From positions 1 to 46,432 of the forward strand of contig CAYXLQ010000002.1 in the NCBI GenBank assembly GCA_964465775.1: 46,432 bases of DNA, read 5' to 3'. This DNA comes from an uncultured Clostridiaceae bacterium. Lineage in GTDB: Bacteria > Bacillota > Clostridia > TANB77 > CAG-465. Made by a program: the position numbers and the translations under genes. The number at the start of each line of letters is the position of its first letter. Within the stretch, counting starts at the first letter, position 1. Under the pieces are notes generated by a model. That model saw nothing but the letters and a program-made list of their open reading frames with translations, did not search any database and had not been told where the DNA came from. This document shows, one piece after another, positions 20,949 to 30,473 of the stretch.

Positions 20949-21581
20949 ATGGAAAATAGAGCCAGAAACGTAATAAACTATTATGTGTTGTGCAACAAGT
21001 TAAAAAATGTTATAAGAACAGGTTGGAAAAACTGGAATATCAAAAGGGAAAGAATAGAAAGCGTTGCAGAGCATATATTTGGAGTTCAGCAATTAGCGAT
21101 AGCTATGTGGTCGGAATACAAATATGACATTGACATCAAAAAAACAATTTTCATGATTGCTATTCACGAATTAGAAGAAATAATAATTGGAGATTTGACT
21201 CCTTGGAACATATCTAGAGAAAAGAAATTAAAAGAGGGACATGAAGCCATATCTTTAATACTTAAAGATATGTTGCAAAAAGAACAATTAGAAAATCTTA
21301 TACTTGAATTTGATGCAAAACAAACGAAAGAAGCATTGTTTGCATATTACTGCGATAAACTTGAATGTGATATACAAAGCAAATTATATGATGAAGAAAA
21401 ATGTGTAGATTTAAGTAAACAAGAAAACAACCCTGTACTAAAAGATGAAAATATACAAAAGGATTTAAGATCTGGTAAAACCTGGTCTGAAATGTGGATG
21501 CAGTATGGAAGAAAAAAATATAAGTATGATGAAAACTTTACTGAAGTATCAGAATATATAGAAAAACATAAAATCAGTTGA
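20949..21581 (+). CDS. HD-superfamily hydrolase (YfbR-like)
   Basis: 210 aa. ESVAEH ... AIHELEEIIIGD metal-ligand pattern. RBS GGAGG. Confidence 0.75.
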   Translation: MENRARNVINYYVLCNKLKNVIRTGWKNWNIKRERIESVAEHIFGVQQLAIAMWSEYKYDIDIKKTIFMIAIHELEEIIIGDLTPWNISREKKLKEGHEAISLILKDMLQKEQLENLILEFDAKQTKEALFAYYCDKLECDIQSKLYDEEKCVDLSKQENNPVLKDENIQKDLRSGKTWSEMWMQYGRKKYKYDENFTEVSEYIEKHKIS

Positions 21582-21592
21582 TTTTAAAAAGT

Positions 21593-21624
21593 GACAGAAG
21601 CAAAAATTAGTTCTGTCTTTTTTT
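21593..21624 (+). terminator. rho-independent terminator
   Basis: Stem GACAGAA / TTCTGTC followed by TTTTTTT. Confidence 0.75.
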
Positions 21625-21755
21625 AATATAGGATTAATTAAAATATTAATATTATAAATATAAGTAAAACAGCGGTGACAAGACTACATAACTTGATAAA
21701 AGTCTCATAAAGTGGTATAATATATGTATATATTATATTAAAGGAGAGTTTTCTA

Positions 21756-22169
21756 ATGAAAAATTGTAAAAATTTAATAATGGTTGTTTTTTTAGTGGTA
21801 GAAATACTATTAGTAGTTAACTTCGTATGGGCAGGATTTGTTATGGTTCAACTGGGGACTGTAGGTAATGATCTTTATGACGCTAAAAGATATGCATCAA
21901 CCTCTGCACTTCCAGAAGCACAAGTAGCAATTGAAAAAATAAGCGAAGAACAACAAGAATTAATTTCTTCTCTTAAGAACAGCTCGAATCCAGTAATTAG
22001 CTTTATTGGAAGATATAGCAATATAAATGAGAAAAGAGTTAATCTTGCCTATGTAGTTTCGTTTTTAGCACCATTTATGTTTTACTTCATGATTAAAGGT
22101 ATCATTACAACTATGAAGGAAAGCGAAAGACGGAGAAGAAGAAACATGTATAAAGCTGGGATTTATTAA
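21756..22169 (+). CDS. hypothetical membrane protein
   Basis: 137 aa with N- and C-terminal TM segments. RBS AAGGAG. In-frame CGG at codon 126 within an RRRRR tail. Confidence 0.6.
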   Translation: MKNCKNLIMVVFLVVEILLVVNFVWAGFVMVQLGTVGNDLYDAKRYASTSALPEAQVAIEKISEEQQELISSLKNSSNPVISFIGRYSNINEKRVNLAYVVSFLAPFMFYFMIKGIITTMKESERRRRRNMYKAGIY

Positions 22170-22182
22170 TCCCAGCTTTTCT
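22152..22182 (+). terminator. rho-independent terminator
   Basis: Stem AAAGCTGGGA / TCCCAGCTTT. The stop codon of the gene lies in the loop. Confidence 0.75.
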
Positions 22183-22373
22183 ATGCATAAATATGAAACA
22201 AATGAGCCTGTAATTGCGTGAAGTTATCAATTATTGAATATTGACATATAATTTAGTATATGATAAAATTCGGTTTAAAGAGAGGTTGAATTAAGGCTGA
22301 ATTTGACATCCATATGTAAACCGTGTTATAATATACTTTGTGAGGCCTAAAATAAAAGGGGTGTTTTTTAAAA

Positions 22374-23369
22374 ATGAAAGGAAGTAGCGTGCTCAGAACG
22401 CTAAGATTCATATTTTTTACAGTAGTATTATTTGTTTTAGTATTAAGTGCAGTTATGGTTACAATATTAAACATATATAAACCAATGTACAGAGCAAAGA
22501 TAAATGATAGTGTTGTAGGATATTTTAAAACAGAGGCTGAGTTTGATGAAATATTTAAAGTAATCGCAGATGAAAAAAAAGTAGACGGAATAGATGTAAA
22601 AGTATATCTTGATTCTGATCCGGAATTCGAACTTAGTTACATTAGAAAAAACAAATTAGAAGAACAAAATCTATATACTGAAGTTAGAGAAATAGCAAAG
22701 ACAGAATATACAGTGTATAATGTTGTAGTAAAAGAAAAAGCAGAGATGACTTTCTCTTCGAAAGAATCTGCAGATGCATATGTTGCAGACTTAAAAAAGA
22801 ATACTAAGGGAGTAGAAATAGCAGTTAAAGCTGAAAAAATAGCAGAAATTAATAGTTTAACAGATACAGCTAAAGCCAAAGAAATTTATACTAGCCTTGT
22901 AAGTAGATATAAACCCGAAGAGAAAAAGGTTGTTAAAAAGAAAGTAACAAAAACAACTACAGCTGCAGCTAAATATAACGGAACATCAAAAACTGTTAGT
23001 ACAAACGCTTCAGTATCAGGTGGTATTAAACCTGCGTCAGGAGTATATACCCAATATTATAAATCAAGCCATAGAGGTATAGACATAGCAAACAAAACTG
23101 GTACTCCAATATATGCATATAAAGCAGGTAAAGTTATATATGCAAAATGGCAGGCGAGTTATGGGTATTTAGTAAAGATTGATCATGGAGATGGAATCAT
23201 CACATATTATGCTCACTTAAGTGCCTTTAATGTAAAAGAAGGAAACTCAGTAGTAGCAGGACAAAAAGTAGGAGAAATGGGAAGTACAGGTTGGTCAACT
23301 GGTCCTCACTTACACTTTGAAATAAGGGTAAATAATGTATCAATAAACCCATATCCATATATTAAATAA
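22374..23369 (+). CDS. M23/LytM-family peptidoglycan endopeptidase, membrane anchored
   Basis: 331 aa. N-terminal TM. C-terminal HRGIDI ... GSTGWSTGPHLHFEI. Upstream TTGACA (22303-22308) and TG-n-TATAAT (22324-22332). Confidence 0.9.
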   Translation: MKGSSVLRTLRFIFFTVVLFVLVLSAVMVTILNIYKPMYRAKINDSVVGYFKTEAEFDEIFKVIADEKKVDGIDVKVYLDSDPEFELSYIRKNKLEEQNLYTEVREIAKTEYTVYNVVVKEKAEMTFSSKESADAYVADLKKNTKGVEIAVKAEKIAEINSLTDTAKAKEIYTSLVSRYKPEEKKVVKKKVTKTTTAAAKYNGTSKTVSTNASVSGGIKPASGVYTQYYKSSHRGIDIANKTGTPIYAYKAGKVIYAKWQASYGYLVKIDHGDGIITYYAHLSAFNVKEGNSVVAGQKVGEMGSTGWSTGPHLHFEIRVNNVSINPYPYIK

Positions 23370-23422
23370 CATATAAATAGGATAAAAAAGAATCAAAATT
23401 AAAATAAATAAAAAAAGAAATT

Positions 23423-23470
23423 AAAACAAATTGCAATATTTTTATAAAAAGTATTGCAATTTGTTTTTTT
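23423..23470 (+). terminator. strong rho-independent terminator ahead of the dcw cluster
   Basis: 16-bp stem AAAACAAATTGCAATA / TATTGCAATTTGTTTT running into a T-run. Confidence 0.85.
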
Positions 23471-23492
23471 ATATACTAGAATAGGGGTACAG

Positions 23493-23518
23493 GTGGAGGA
23501 AAGTGGAGCAAAGTGGAG
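23493..23518 (+). promoter_or_regulatory. MraZ-box array (three direct repeats)
   Basis: GTGGAG at 23493, 23503 and 23513 with an exact 10-bp period, immediately upstream of mraZ. The last repeat supplies the RBS. Confidence 0.65.
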
Positions 23519-23528
23519 GTGTACTTTA

Positions 23529-23960
23529 ATGTTGTTAGGTGAGTATAACCATACAATAGACGACAAGTCAAGAATAATAGTGCCTTCTAAGTTCAGAGAT
23601 GACTTAGGAAGTAGTTTTATATTGACCAAAGGATTAGACAACTGCTTATTCATTTATTCTATTGCTGAATGGCAAACATTTGAAGCCAAATTAAAAGCTC
23701 TTCCACTAACAAACCAAAACGCTAGGGTATTTACAAGATTCTTTGCTGCGGGAGCTACTGAATGTCAACTAGACAAACAAGGAAGAATTGTTATTCCTGC
23801 TAATCTAAAAGAATATGCGGAATTAACAAAAGATGTTGTAGTAATAGGTGTTTCTACAAGAGCAGAAATATGGGATAAAGAAAAATGGAACAACTATACA
23901 AGCGAAGATAATATAACTCTAGAAGAAGTTGCTAGTCAAATGTCAGATTTAGGCATTTAA
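23529..23960 (+). CDS. mraZ: transcriptional regulator MraZ
   Basis: 143 aa from ATG 23529 (GGAGG 10 nt upstream). Duplicated SpoVT/AbrB-like halves with DxxxR motifs ([20 protein letters not shown]). Tracked start 23454 lies inside the terminator and operator region. Confidence 0.95.
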   Translation: MLLGEYNHTIDDKSRIIVPSKFRDDLGSSFILTKGLDNCLFIYSIAEWQTFEAKLKALPLTNQNARVFTRFFAAGATECQLDKQGRIVIPANLKEYAELTKDVVVIGVSTRAEIWDKEKWNNYTSEDNITLEEVASQMSDLGI

Positions 23961-23988
23961 CTATATATTTACAAAAGAAATACAAAGA

Positions 23989-24137
23989 AACAAAAGATTA
24001 CACAATAAACAAATGAGATTCTATTTGAACAAAAGATTACAAATAATATACAAAAGTAAATTCTCCGTTAACTAAGGATGAAAAGTGTAATAAACAAAAG
24101 ATAAGGATTTTAAATAATCAGTAATAAACAAAAGATA
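23989..24137 (+). repeat. four dispersed direct copies of AACAAAAGAT(T/A)A in the mraZ-rsmH spacer
   Basis: Copies at 23989, 24028, 24093 and 24127. The last two are embedded in a 17-nt exact repeat GTAATAAACAAAAGATA (24087 and 24121). Confidence 0.7.
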
Positions 24138-24167
24138 AAAATTATATAAAATTATGGAGTAATGTAA

Positions 24168-25100
24168 ATGGAGTTTAATCATATACCAGTATTAAAAAAT
24201 GAATGCATAGAAGGATTAAATATAAAGGAAAGCGGAACATACGTAGATGGTACGCTTGGTGGAGCTGGGCATTCATTATTAATTTTAGAAAGATTAAACA
24301 ATAAGGGGTTGCATATTGGAATTGATCGTGATGAAGAAGCTTTAAGGGCCTCAAAAGAAAGATTAAAACAGTATAGCAATTTTGTCATAGTACACGATAA
24401 TCATAGCAATATATTAAACATATTAAAAGAAAAGGATATAGCTGCAGTAGATGGAATATTATTAGATTTGGGAGTATCTTCATATCAACTAGATGAAGCA
24501 GAGCGAGGATTTAGTTATATGCATAATGCAAAGCTTGATATGAGAATGAACAAACAAGATAAAATCACTGCAAAAGATATAGTTAATAATTATAAAGAAG
24601 AAGAACTTGTTAAAATATTTTTTGATTATGGCGAAGAAAGATTTTCAAGAAAAATAGCAAGGAAAATAGTCGAAAGAAGAAAAGAAAAGAAAATTGAAAC
24701 TACCTTAGAATTAGTTGAAATAATAAAATCTAGTTTACCTGGTAAAGCATTGTTAGAAAAACAACATCCAGCAAAAAGAATATTTCAAGCTATAAGAATA
24801 GAGGTAAACAATGAACTTTCAGAATTAAAGCAAACAATAAAAGATTGTATTTTATCACTAAAACCAAAAGGTAGGTTATGTATTATAACATTTCACTCAT
24901 TAGAAGATAGAATTGTGAAACTAACATATGAAGATATGCAGGGCAAATGTAAATGTCCAACGGATTTTCCAAAATGTGTATGCAATTATATTTCTTACGG
25001 AAAGAACATAACAAACAAACCAATCACAGAAAGTATAGAAATACTTAAGCAAAACCCAAGATCAAGAAGCGCGAAACTTAGAATATTTGAAAAAAATTAA
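24168..25100 (+). CDS. rsmH: 16S rRNA (cytosine1402-N4)-methyltransferase RsmH
   Basis: 310 aa. HIPVL, GTLGGAGHS, DLGVSS and RSRSAKLR motifs. Confidence 0.95.
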   Translation: MEFNHIPVLKNECIEGLNIKESGTYVDGTLGGAGHSLLILERLNNKGLHIGIDRDEEALRASKERLKQYSNFVIVHDNHSNILNILKEKDIAAVDGILLDLGVSSYQLDEAERGFSYMHNAKLDMRMNKQDKITAKDIVNNYKEEELVKIFFDYGEERFSRKIARKIVERRKEKKIETTLELVEIIKSSLPGKALLEKQHPAKRIFQAIRIEVNNELSELKQTIKDCILSLKPKGRLCIITFHSLEDRIVKLTYEDMQGKCKCPTDFPKCVCNYISYGKNITNKPITESIEILKQNPRSRSAKLRIFEKN

Positions 25101-25118
25101 TTTAAGGGGAGGATATAT

Positions 25119-25589
25119 ATGGGGGCAGCAAGAAAATATGCTTATGATTTGAGTTTACCAGAAAAAAAAATAAAACCAGAAAAAAAAGAATCATTCAAAC
25201 TTATTAAGAATAAAAAAAATAAGAATCTTAGTAAGAGTAATAGAGCTGCGCTTATATTCTCAACTTTATTAATATTTTCAATATTCCTTGTTATTACGTA
25301 CAGATATAATCTAATAAGTGAAAAGAACTTAGAGGTTCAAAAACTAAAGAAAGAACTAGAAGTAGCTAAGTCAGAACTTGCAACAACACAAATTGCAGTA
25401 GATAAAGTAATGGATGTTGGTCAAGTAGAAGCTTACGCTAAACAACAATTAGGTATGCAAAAACCGGAAAAAAGTCAACTAATCTACATTAATATGGAAA
25501 ATGAAGAAAGTGTGAAAAAGGTGTCTGCTGCAAATATGATAAGTTGTTGTTTGGAGAAAGTAAAAGAAATAGTAAATAACATATTCTAA
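25119..25589 (+). CDS. ftsL: cell division protein FtsL-like (septum formation initiator)
   Basis: 156 aa. Basic N-terminus, single TM, then a coiled coil. Sits at the position between rsmH and the PBP. Contains intact A9 (25162-25170) and A8 (25180-25187) runs. Confidence 0.7.
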   Translation: MGAARKYAYDLSLPEKKIKPEKKESFKLIKNKKNKNLSKSNRAALIFSTLLIFSIFLVITYRYNLISEKNLEVQKLKKELEVAKSELATTQIAVDKVMDVGQVEAYAKQQLGMQKPEKSQLIYINMENEESVKKVSAANMISCCLEKVKEIVNNIF

Positions 25590-25602
25590 AATCCTATTTT
25601 GG

Positions 25603-25624
25603 GCACCAGAAATGGTGCTTTTTG
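25603..25624 (+). terminator. short internal terminator or attenuator after ftsL
   Basis: GCACCA-gaaa-TGGTGC followed by TTTTTG. Confidence 0.55.
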
Positions 25625-25763
25625 TTATAGAAAAGATATAAACTATATGATATAATAAAAAACGTGTAAAACTATTTAAAAAACTTCTAAAATATAATAC
25701 TAAAGCGTAGAATATATTATTATATGTATGATATAATTGTGTGAAAATAAGAGGTGAATATTA

Positions 25764-27942
25764 TTGGCTTTTGCTAGCATAAAAAACAAAAAAACTGTAA
25801 AAATAATATTAATTTGTATATGTAGTGTTTTGGTTTTATTAATAATAAGACTGTTCTATTTGCAAGTAATAAAACGGAGATTATTATGAACAAAAAGCAT
25901 ATAAACAGCAAACTAGGGATAGAAGTGTGCCTGCAGTAAGGGGAACTATATATGATTTAACAGGTGAAAAAAAACTAGCACAAAGTATATCAACAAATAC
26001 TGTAAGTGCAGTTCCAAATGATATAGAAGAAAAAGAAAAAGTAGCGAAAGATTTAGCAAAAATATTAGAAATGGAACAGGACGATATATTAGAAAAGTTA
26101 AATAAAAAACAATCATTAGTAGTTATAAAAACAAAGGTAGGCAAAGAACAAGCAACGGCAGTATATAAATATATATTAGAAGAAGAATTAAGTGGAATAA
26201 AAGTAGATGAATCCTCAAAAAGAATTTATCAGTTTGATAATCTGGCATCACATGTTTTAGGTTTTACAGGAACTGATGGGCAAGGATTATATGGGGTGGA
26301 ATTGAAATATGAAGAGCAACTAGCGGGTATTCCAGGTAAAATAGTAGGAAGTGCAGATGGTAAGGGAAGAGAAACACCATATAAAGAAGAACAATATGTA
26401 GCACCAGTAAATGGATATGATTTAGTTTTAACAATAGATGCTACAATTCAGAGTATAGTAGAAAAAAACTTAGCTAAAGCGGTTAAAGAGAACATAGCAA
26501 ATTATGGTTCGGTAATAATGATGAGACCTAAAACAGGAGAAATTCTAGCTATGGCAAACTATCCGGATTTTAATCCAAATGATGCCTTTGCTCCTAGTAC
26601 TGAAGAGTTAAAAGCAAAATGGGACACAATGGGAACAAAAGAAAAGTCAGAAGCACTTTCAGATATGTGGAGAAATAAAGCTATATCAAATACAGCAGAA
26701 CCGGGCTCGACTTTTAAAATAGTAACATCTGCGGCAGTGTTAGAAGAAGATTTGGTAGAAATAGACCAGTCGGGAGCATTTAACTGTACAGGAGCTATGA
26801 AAATAGGAGGATGGACTATTCGTTGTTGGAGGCACCCAAGAAGTCATGGTTCACAAAGTTTAAGGGAAGGAATAAAAAATTCTTGTAACCCGGTATTTAT
26901 GCAAAGTGCCCAAAAAATCGGAATAAAGAAATATTGTGAATACTTAGAAGCGTTTAATTTAAAAGAAAAAACTGGGATCGATCTTCCAGGAGAAGTAGGG
27001 GGGATATTACACGATCCAAAAACTATGACAGAAGTAGATTTAGCAACAACAGGATTTGGGCAGACATTCCAAATAACAGCATTACAGAGTTTAGTAACAG
27101 TTGCGGCAGTATCTAATGGAGGAAATATAGTTGTTCCATACGTTGTTAAAGAAATAAAATCTCAAGATGGGAGCACGATATCAAAAATAGAACCTAAGAT
27201 AAAAAAACAAGTAGTTTCTAGTGAGACGGCAGCAAGTATTTTAGATGCGTTATATACCGTTGTAGAAGAAGGAACAGGTAAAGCAGCAAAAGTTAGAGGA
27301 TATTCAGTAGCTGGAAAAACTGGAACAGGTGAACAAGAAAGAGGGGCAAGACTTTGGTATTTAGCTTCGTTTGTAGGAATTGCACCAGTAAATGATCCAG
27401 AGGTTTGTATTGTATTTAATCTATATAATCCTAAAGGACCACAAGGACATCAAGGAGGTACAATATGTGCGCCAGTGGTATCAAACATATTAGATGAAAC
27501 ACTTAGATACTTAGATATTAATCCGGATTATACCTTAGAGGAAAATAGCATACAAGAAATATTGGTACCTGATTTAACAGGAAAGACTTATGAAGAGGCA
27601 GAAAAAACAATTAAAGATCTAGGGTTTAAATTAGCATCAGATAGCAAGTTTGAAGCGGATGATAAAATAACAAATCAAATTCCTAAATTAGGGGCTAGTC
27701 TAGTTCCTGGGTCTACAATTAGAGTTTACAAAGCAAATGACACAGAAAAGATAACCGTAACAGTACCAGATGTTAGAGATAAAACATTAGCAAATGCAAC
27801 TAAAATAATTAGAAACAGTGGACTTAACATTCGTATTATAGGTAATGGAAATGCAATTATACAAGAACCAAGTGCAGGAGAAATAGTACAAAAGGGTTCA
27901 ATAGTAACAGTTAAATTTGTTGATACGACAGATTTACATTGA
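25764..27942 (+). CDS. spoVD: class B penicillin-binding protein with two PASTA domains (SpoVD/FtsI-type), frame interrupted by a +1 change at CGG 25875-25877
   Basis: TTG 25764 (AGAGGTG RBS, 7-nt spacing) encodes the TM anchor LAFASIKNKKTVKIILICICSVLVLLIIRLFYLQVIK, then CGG. The 0 frame stops at 25887. The +1 frame, open only from 25873, continues GDYYEQKAYKQQTRDRSVPAVRGTIYD. Carries EPGSTFK, SCN and GKTGTG. Joined length about 725 aa. Confidence 0.9.
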
Positions 27943-28009
27943 TTTATGTAAAATATCTTAAATAAGATATGAGGATTAAAAAATTAGATAAAAGGAAGAG
28001 GGTAAAAAT

Positions 28010-29482
28010 ATGTTGTTACAATATTTAATAGAAGGTTTAGATTATCTAAAGATAAATGGAGAAACAAACATAAATATAGAAAAGATAGAATATGATTCTA
28101 AAAAAGTAGGTAAAGGAGATTTGTTTGTTGCTATAGAAGGATTTAAAGAGGACGGACATAGTTATATAGAAGATGCAGCCAAAAATGGAGTAGTCGCAGT
28201 AATAGTAAAAAAAGGATCAAAAATAAAACTTGAAAATGTTACCGTTATAGAAGTTGAAGATACCAGAATAGCTCTTGCAAAAGTTGCAACTACATATTAT
28301 GGTAATCCTGCAAGCAAACTTAAAATGATAGGTGTAACTGGAACAAAAGGTAAGACAACTACAGTCTATATGATAAGAGATATACTACTTGCTTCAGGCA
28401 AAAAAACAGGAATGATAGGAACAATTTTTAATACATTTGCTAATAAACAAATAGAAGCAACAAAAACATCCCCGGAATCATTGGATTTGCAAAAATTGCT
28501 TAAAGAGATGGTAGATGAAGGCGTAGAATATGTTGTAATGGAAGTTTCTTCGCATGCATTAGAATTAAAAAGGGTTTATGGTATTCATTTTATAATTGGG
28601 TTATTTACGAATTTATCTAAAGATCATTTAGATTTTCACGAAACAATGGAGTCATATTTAGAAGCAAAATCTAAGCTGTTTAAAGAATGCGATTTTGCAA
28701 TTATAAATGCAGATGATATATATACTCCAAAATTAGAAAAGATGATAAAATGTAAAACTGCAAAATATGGACTTGATAATGAAGCAAATATAACAGCAGT
28801 TGATATAAGAATAAACAATAATTATGTTGATTTTAAAATGTATATAAATAAAATGCTTCAAACTATAATAGTTAAAATACCAGGAAGATATACAGTATAT
28901 AATGCACTTGGTGCGATAGCAGTAACAAGCATGTTAGGTGTACAAATGGAAGAAATATTAATAGCTCTTTCAAGTGTAAAAGTTCCTGGAAGAAGCGAAG
29001 TAGTAGATATTGAAAAAACATTTGCTGTATTACTTGATTATGCTCACTCCCCTGCAAGCTTAGAAGCAATATTATCAAATACTAAAAGGTATTCGAAAGG
29101 TAGAATAATATGTGTATTTGGTTGTGGTGGTAATAGGGATACAGAGAAAAGACCTATTATGGGAGAAATATCTGGTAAATATGCAGATTTTACAGTGATT
29201 ACTACTGATAACCCAAGAGATGAAGAAGCTAAAAAGATAATGAGTGAAATAGAAAATGGAATAAAAAAGACAAGAGGTCTTTATAAAATAATTGAAAATA
29301 GAAAAGAGGCTATTAAGTTTGCAATGAGAATAGCATGGAAGAACGATACTATAATTATTGCAGGAAAAGGACATGAAACATATCAGATTTTAAAAAATAA
29401 CAAAAAGATTAAATTTGATGAAAGAGAAATAGTTAAAGAATTAGCAAATGAAATGCTAGATAAAAATTTAGAAACAATGTAA
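28010..29482 (+). CDS. murE: UDP-N-acetylmuramoyl-tripeptide synthetase MurE
   Basis: 490 aa. GVTGTKGKTT P-loop and the TTDNPRDE motif. Confidence 0.95.
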   Translation: MLLQYLIEGLDYLKINGETNINIEKIEYDSKKVGKGDLFVAIEGFKEDGHSYIEDAAKNGVVAVIVKKGSKIKLENVTVIEVEDTRIALAKVATTYYGNPASKLKMIGVTGTKGKTTTVYMIRDILLASGKKTGMIGTIFNTFANKQIEATKTSPESLDLQKLLKEMVDEGVEYVVMEVSSHALELKRVYGIHFIIGLFTNLSKDHLDFHETMESYLEAKSKLFKECDFAIINADDIYTPKLEKMIKCKTAKYGLDNEANITAVDIRINNNYVDFKMYINKMLQTIIVKIPGRYTVYNALGAIAVTSMLGVQMEEILIALSSVKVPGRSEVVDIEKTFAVLLDYAHSPASLEAILSNTKRYSKGRIICVFGCGGNRDTEKRPIMGEISGKYADFTVITTDNPRDEEAKKIMSEIENGIKKTRGLYKIIENRKEAIKFAMRIAWKNDTIIIAGKGHETYQILKNNKKIKFDEREIVKELANEMLDKNLETM

Positions 29483-29510
29483 GTAAATATATAGGAGTTG
29501 TAAGATAAAA

Positions 29511-30464
29511 ATGAAAATACAAATGTTAGTGCTAATGTGTTCATATATACTAGGAATGCTGGCCAATATGATTATATTACCATACCTTAAAAAAGTGAAA
29601 GTAGGGCAAGTGGTAAGAGACGATGGGCCTAAGTCTCACCTTAAGAAAGCTGGAACACCAACAATGGGAGGAATAGCAATATTAATGTCATCTTTGGTCA
29701 TGCTTGCCATAGCGGCATTCTATTATCCAATCATTGGTCTTGCGGTGATCCCTTTTGTGGGATTTGGATTAATTGGTATGGTAGATGATATAAAAAAACT
29801 AAAAAAATCAAATACAGACGGGCTTTCTCCTATTAAAAAAATAATATTTTTATTTATTGTTTCATCAATATTTATACTATTGTACTTAACTGTATTTGAA
29901 TTAGGAACAGATATTTTAATTCCATTTTTCAAACAACATATATTACTAAGTACGGGATTATTTGTAATATTTACAATATTTATTTTAATTGGAACAAGTA
30001 ATGCCATTAATTTAACAGATGGATTAGATGGCTTGGCAACAGGAATAATTATAATTATTATGGGGTTTTTTACCGTAATTGCAATAAAAAACAATAATCA
30101 AGAGATGGCAGTTTTTGGTTCGACAATAATAGGAACGTGTTCAGCATTTTTGTTATTTAATATACAACCTGCAAAAATGTTTCTTGGAGATACAGGTTCA
30201 TTAGCTCTAGGAGGAGCAATAGCATCTATGGCTATAATATTAAAAATGCCAGTATATCTTGGAATCGTAGCATTAATACCAGTGTTTGAAACGATATCGG
30301 TAGCTTTACAAGTAATATACTTTAAATCAACAAAAGGAAAAAGGTTATTTAAAATGGCACCATTCCATCATCATTTAGAATTAAGTGGAATGAAAGAAAC
30401 TATGATTGTAATTGTTTTTTGGGTAATTACAGCAGCATTATGTATATTAGCATATTTTATTTAA
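29511..30464 (+). CDS. mraY: phospho-N-acetylmuramoyl-pentapeptide transferase MraY
   Basis: 317 aa polytopic protein. KAGTPTMGG, NAINLTDGLDGLA, GDTGSLALGG and PFHHHLE motifs. Confidence 0.95.
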   Translation: MKIQMLVLMCSYILGMLANMIILPYLKKVKVGQVVRDDGPKSHLKKAGTPTMGGIAILMSSLVMLAIAAFYYPIIGLAVIPFVGFGLIGMVDDIKKLKKSNTDGLSPIKKIIFLFIVSSIFILLYLTVFELGTDILIPFFKQHILLSTGLFVIFTIFILIGTSNAINLTDGLDGLATGIIIIIMGFFTVIAIKNNNQEMAVFGSTIIGTCSAFLLFNIQPAKMFLGDTGSLALGGAIASMAIILKMPVYLGIVALIPVFETISVALQVIYFKSTKGKRLFKMAPFHHHLELSGMKETMIVIVFWVITAALCILAYFI

Positions 30465-30473
30465 GGAAAGGGA

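Noticed and set aside
23399-23528. Tracked mraZ start at 23454 and the antisense ORF 23399-23653
   Set aside because: This region is a 16-bp terminator hairpin plus the MraZ-box array. The canonical 143-aa MraZ starts at 23529 with a GGAGG RBS.
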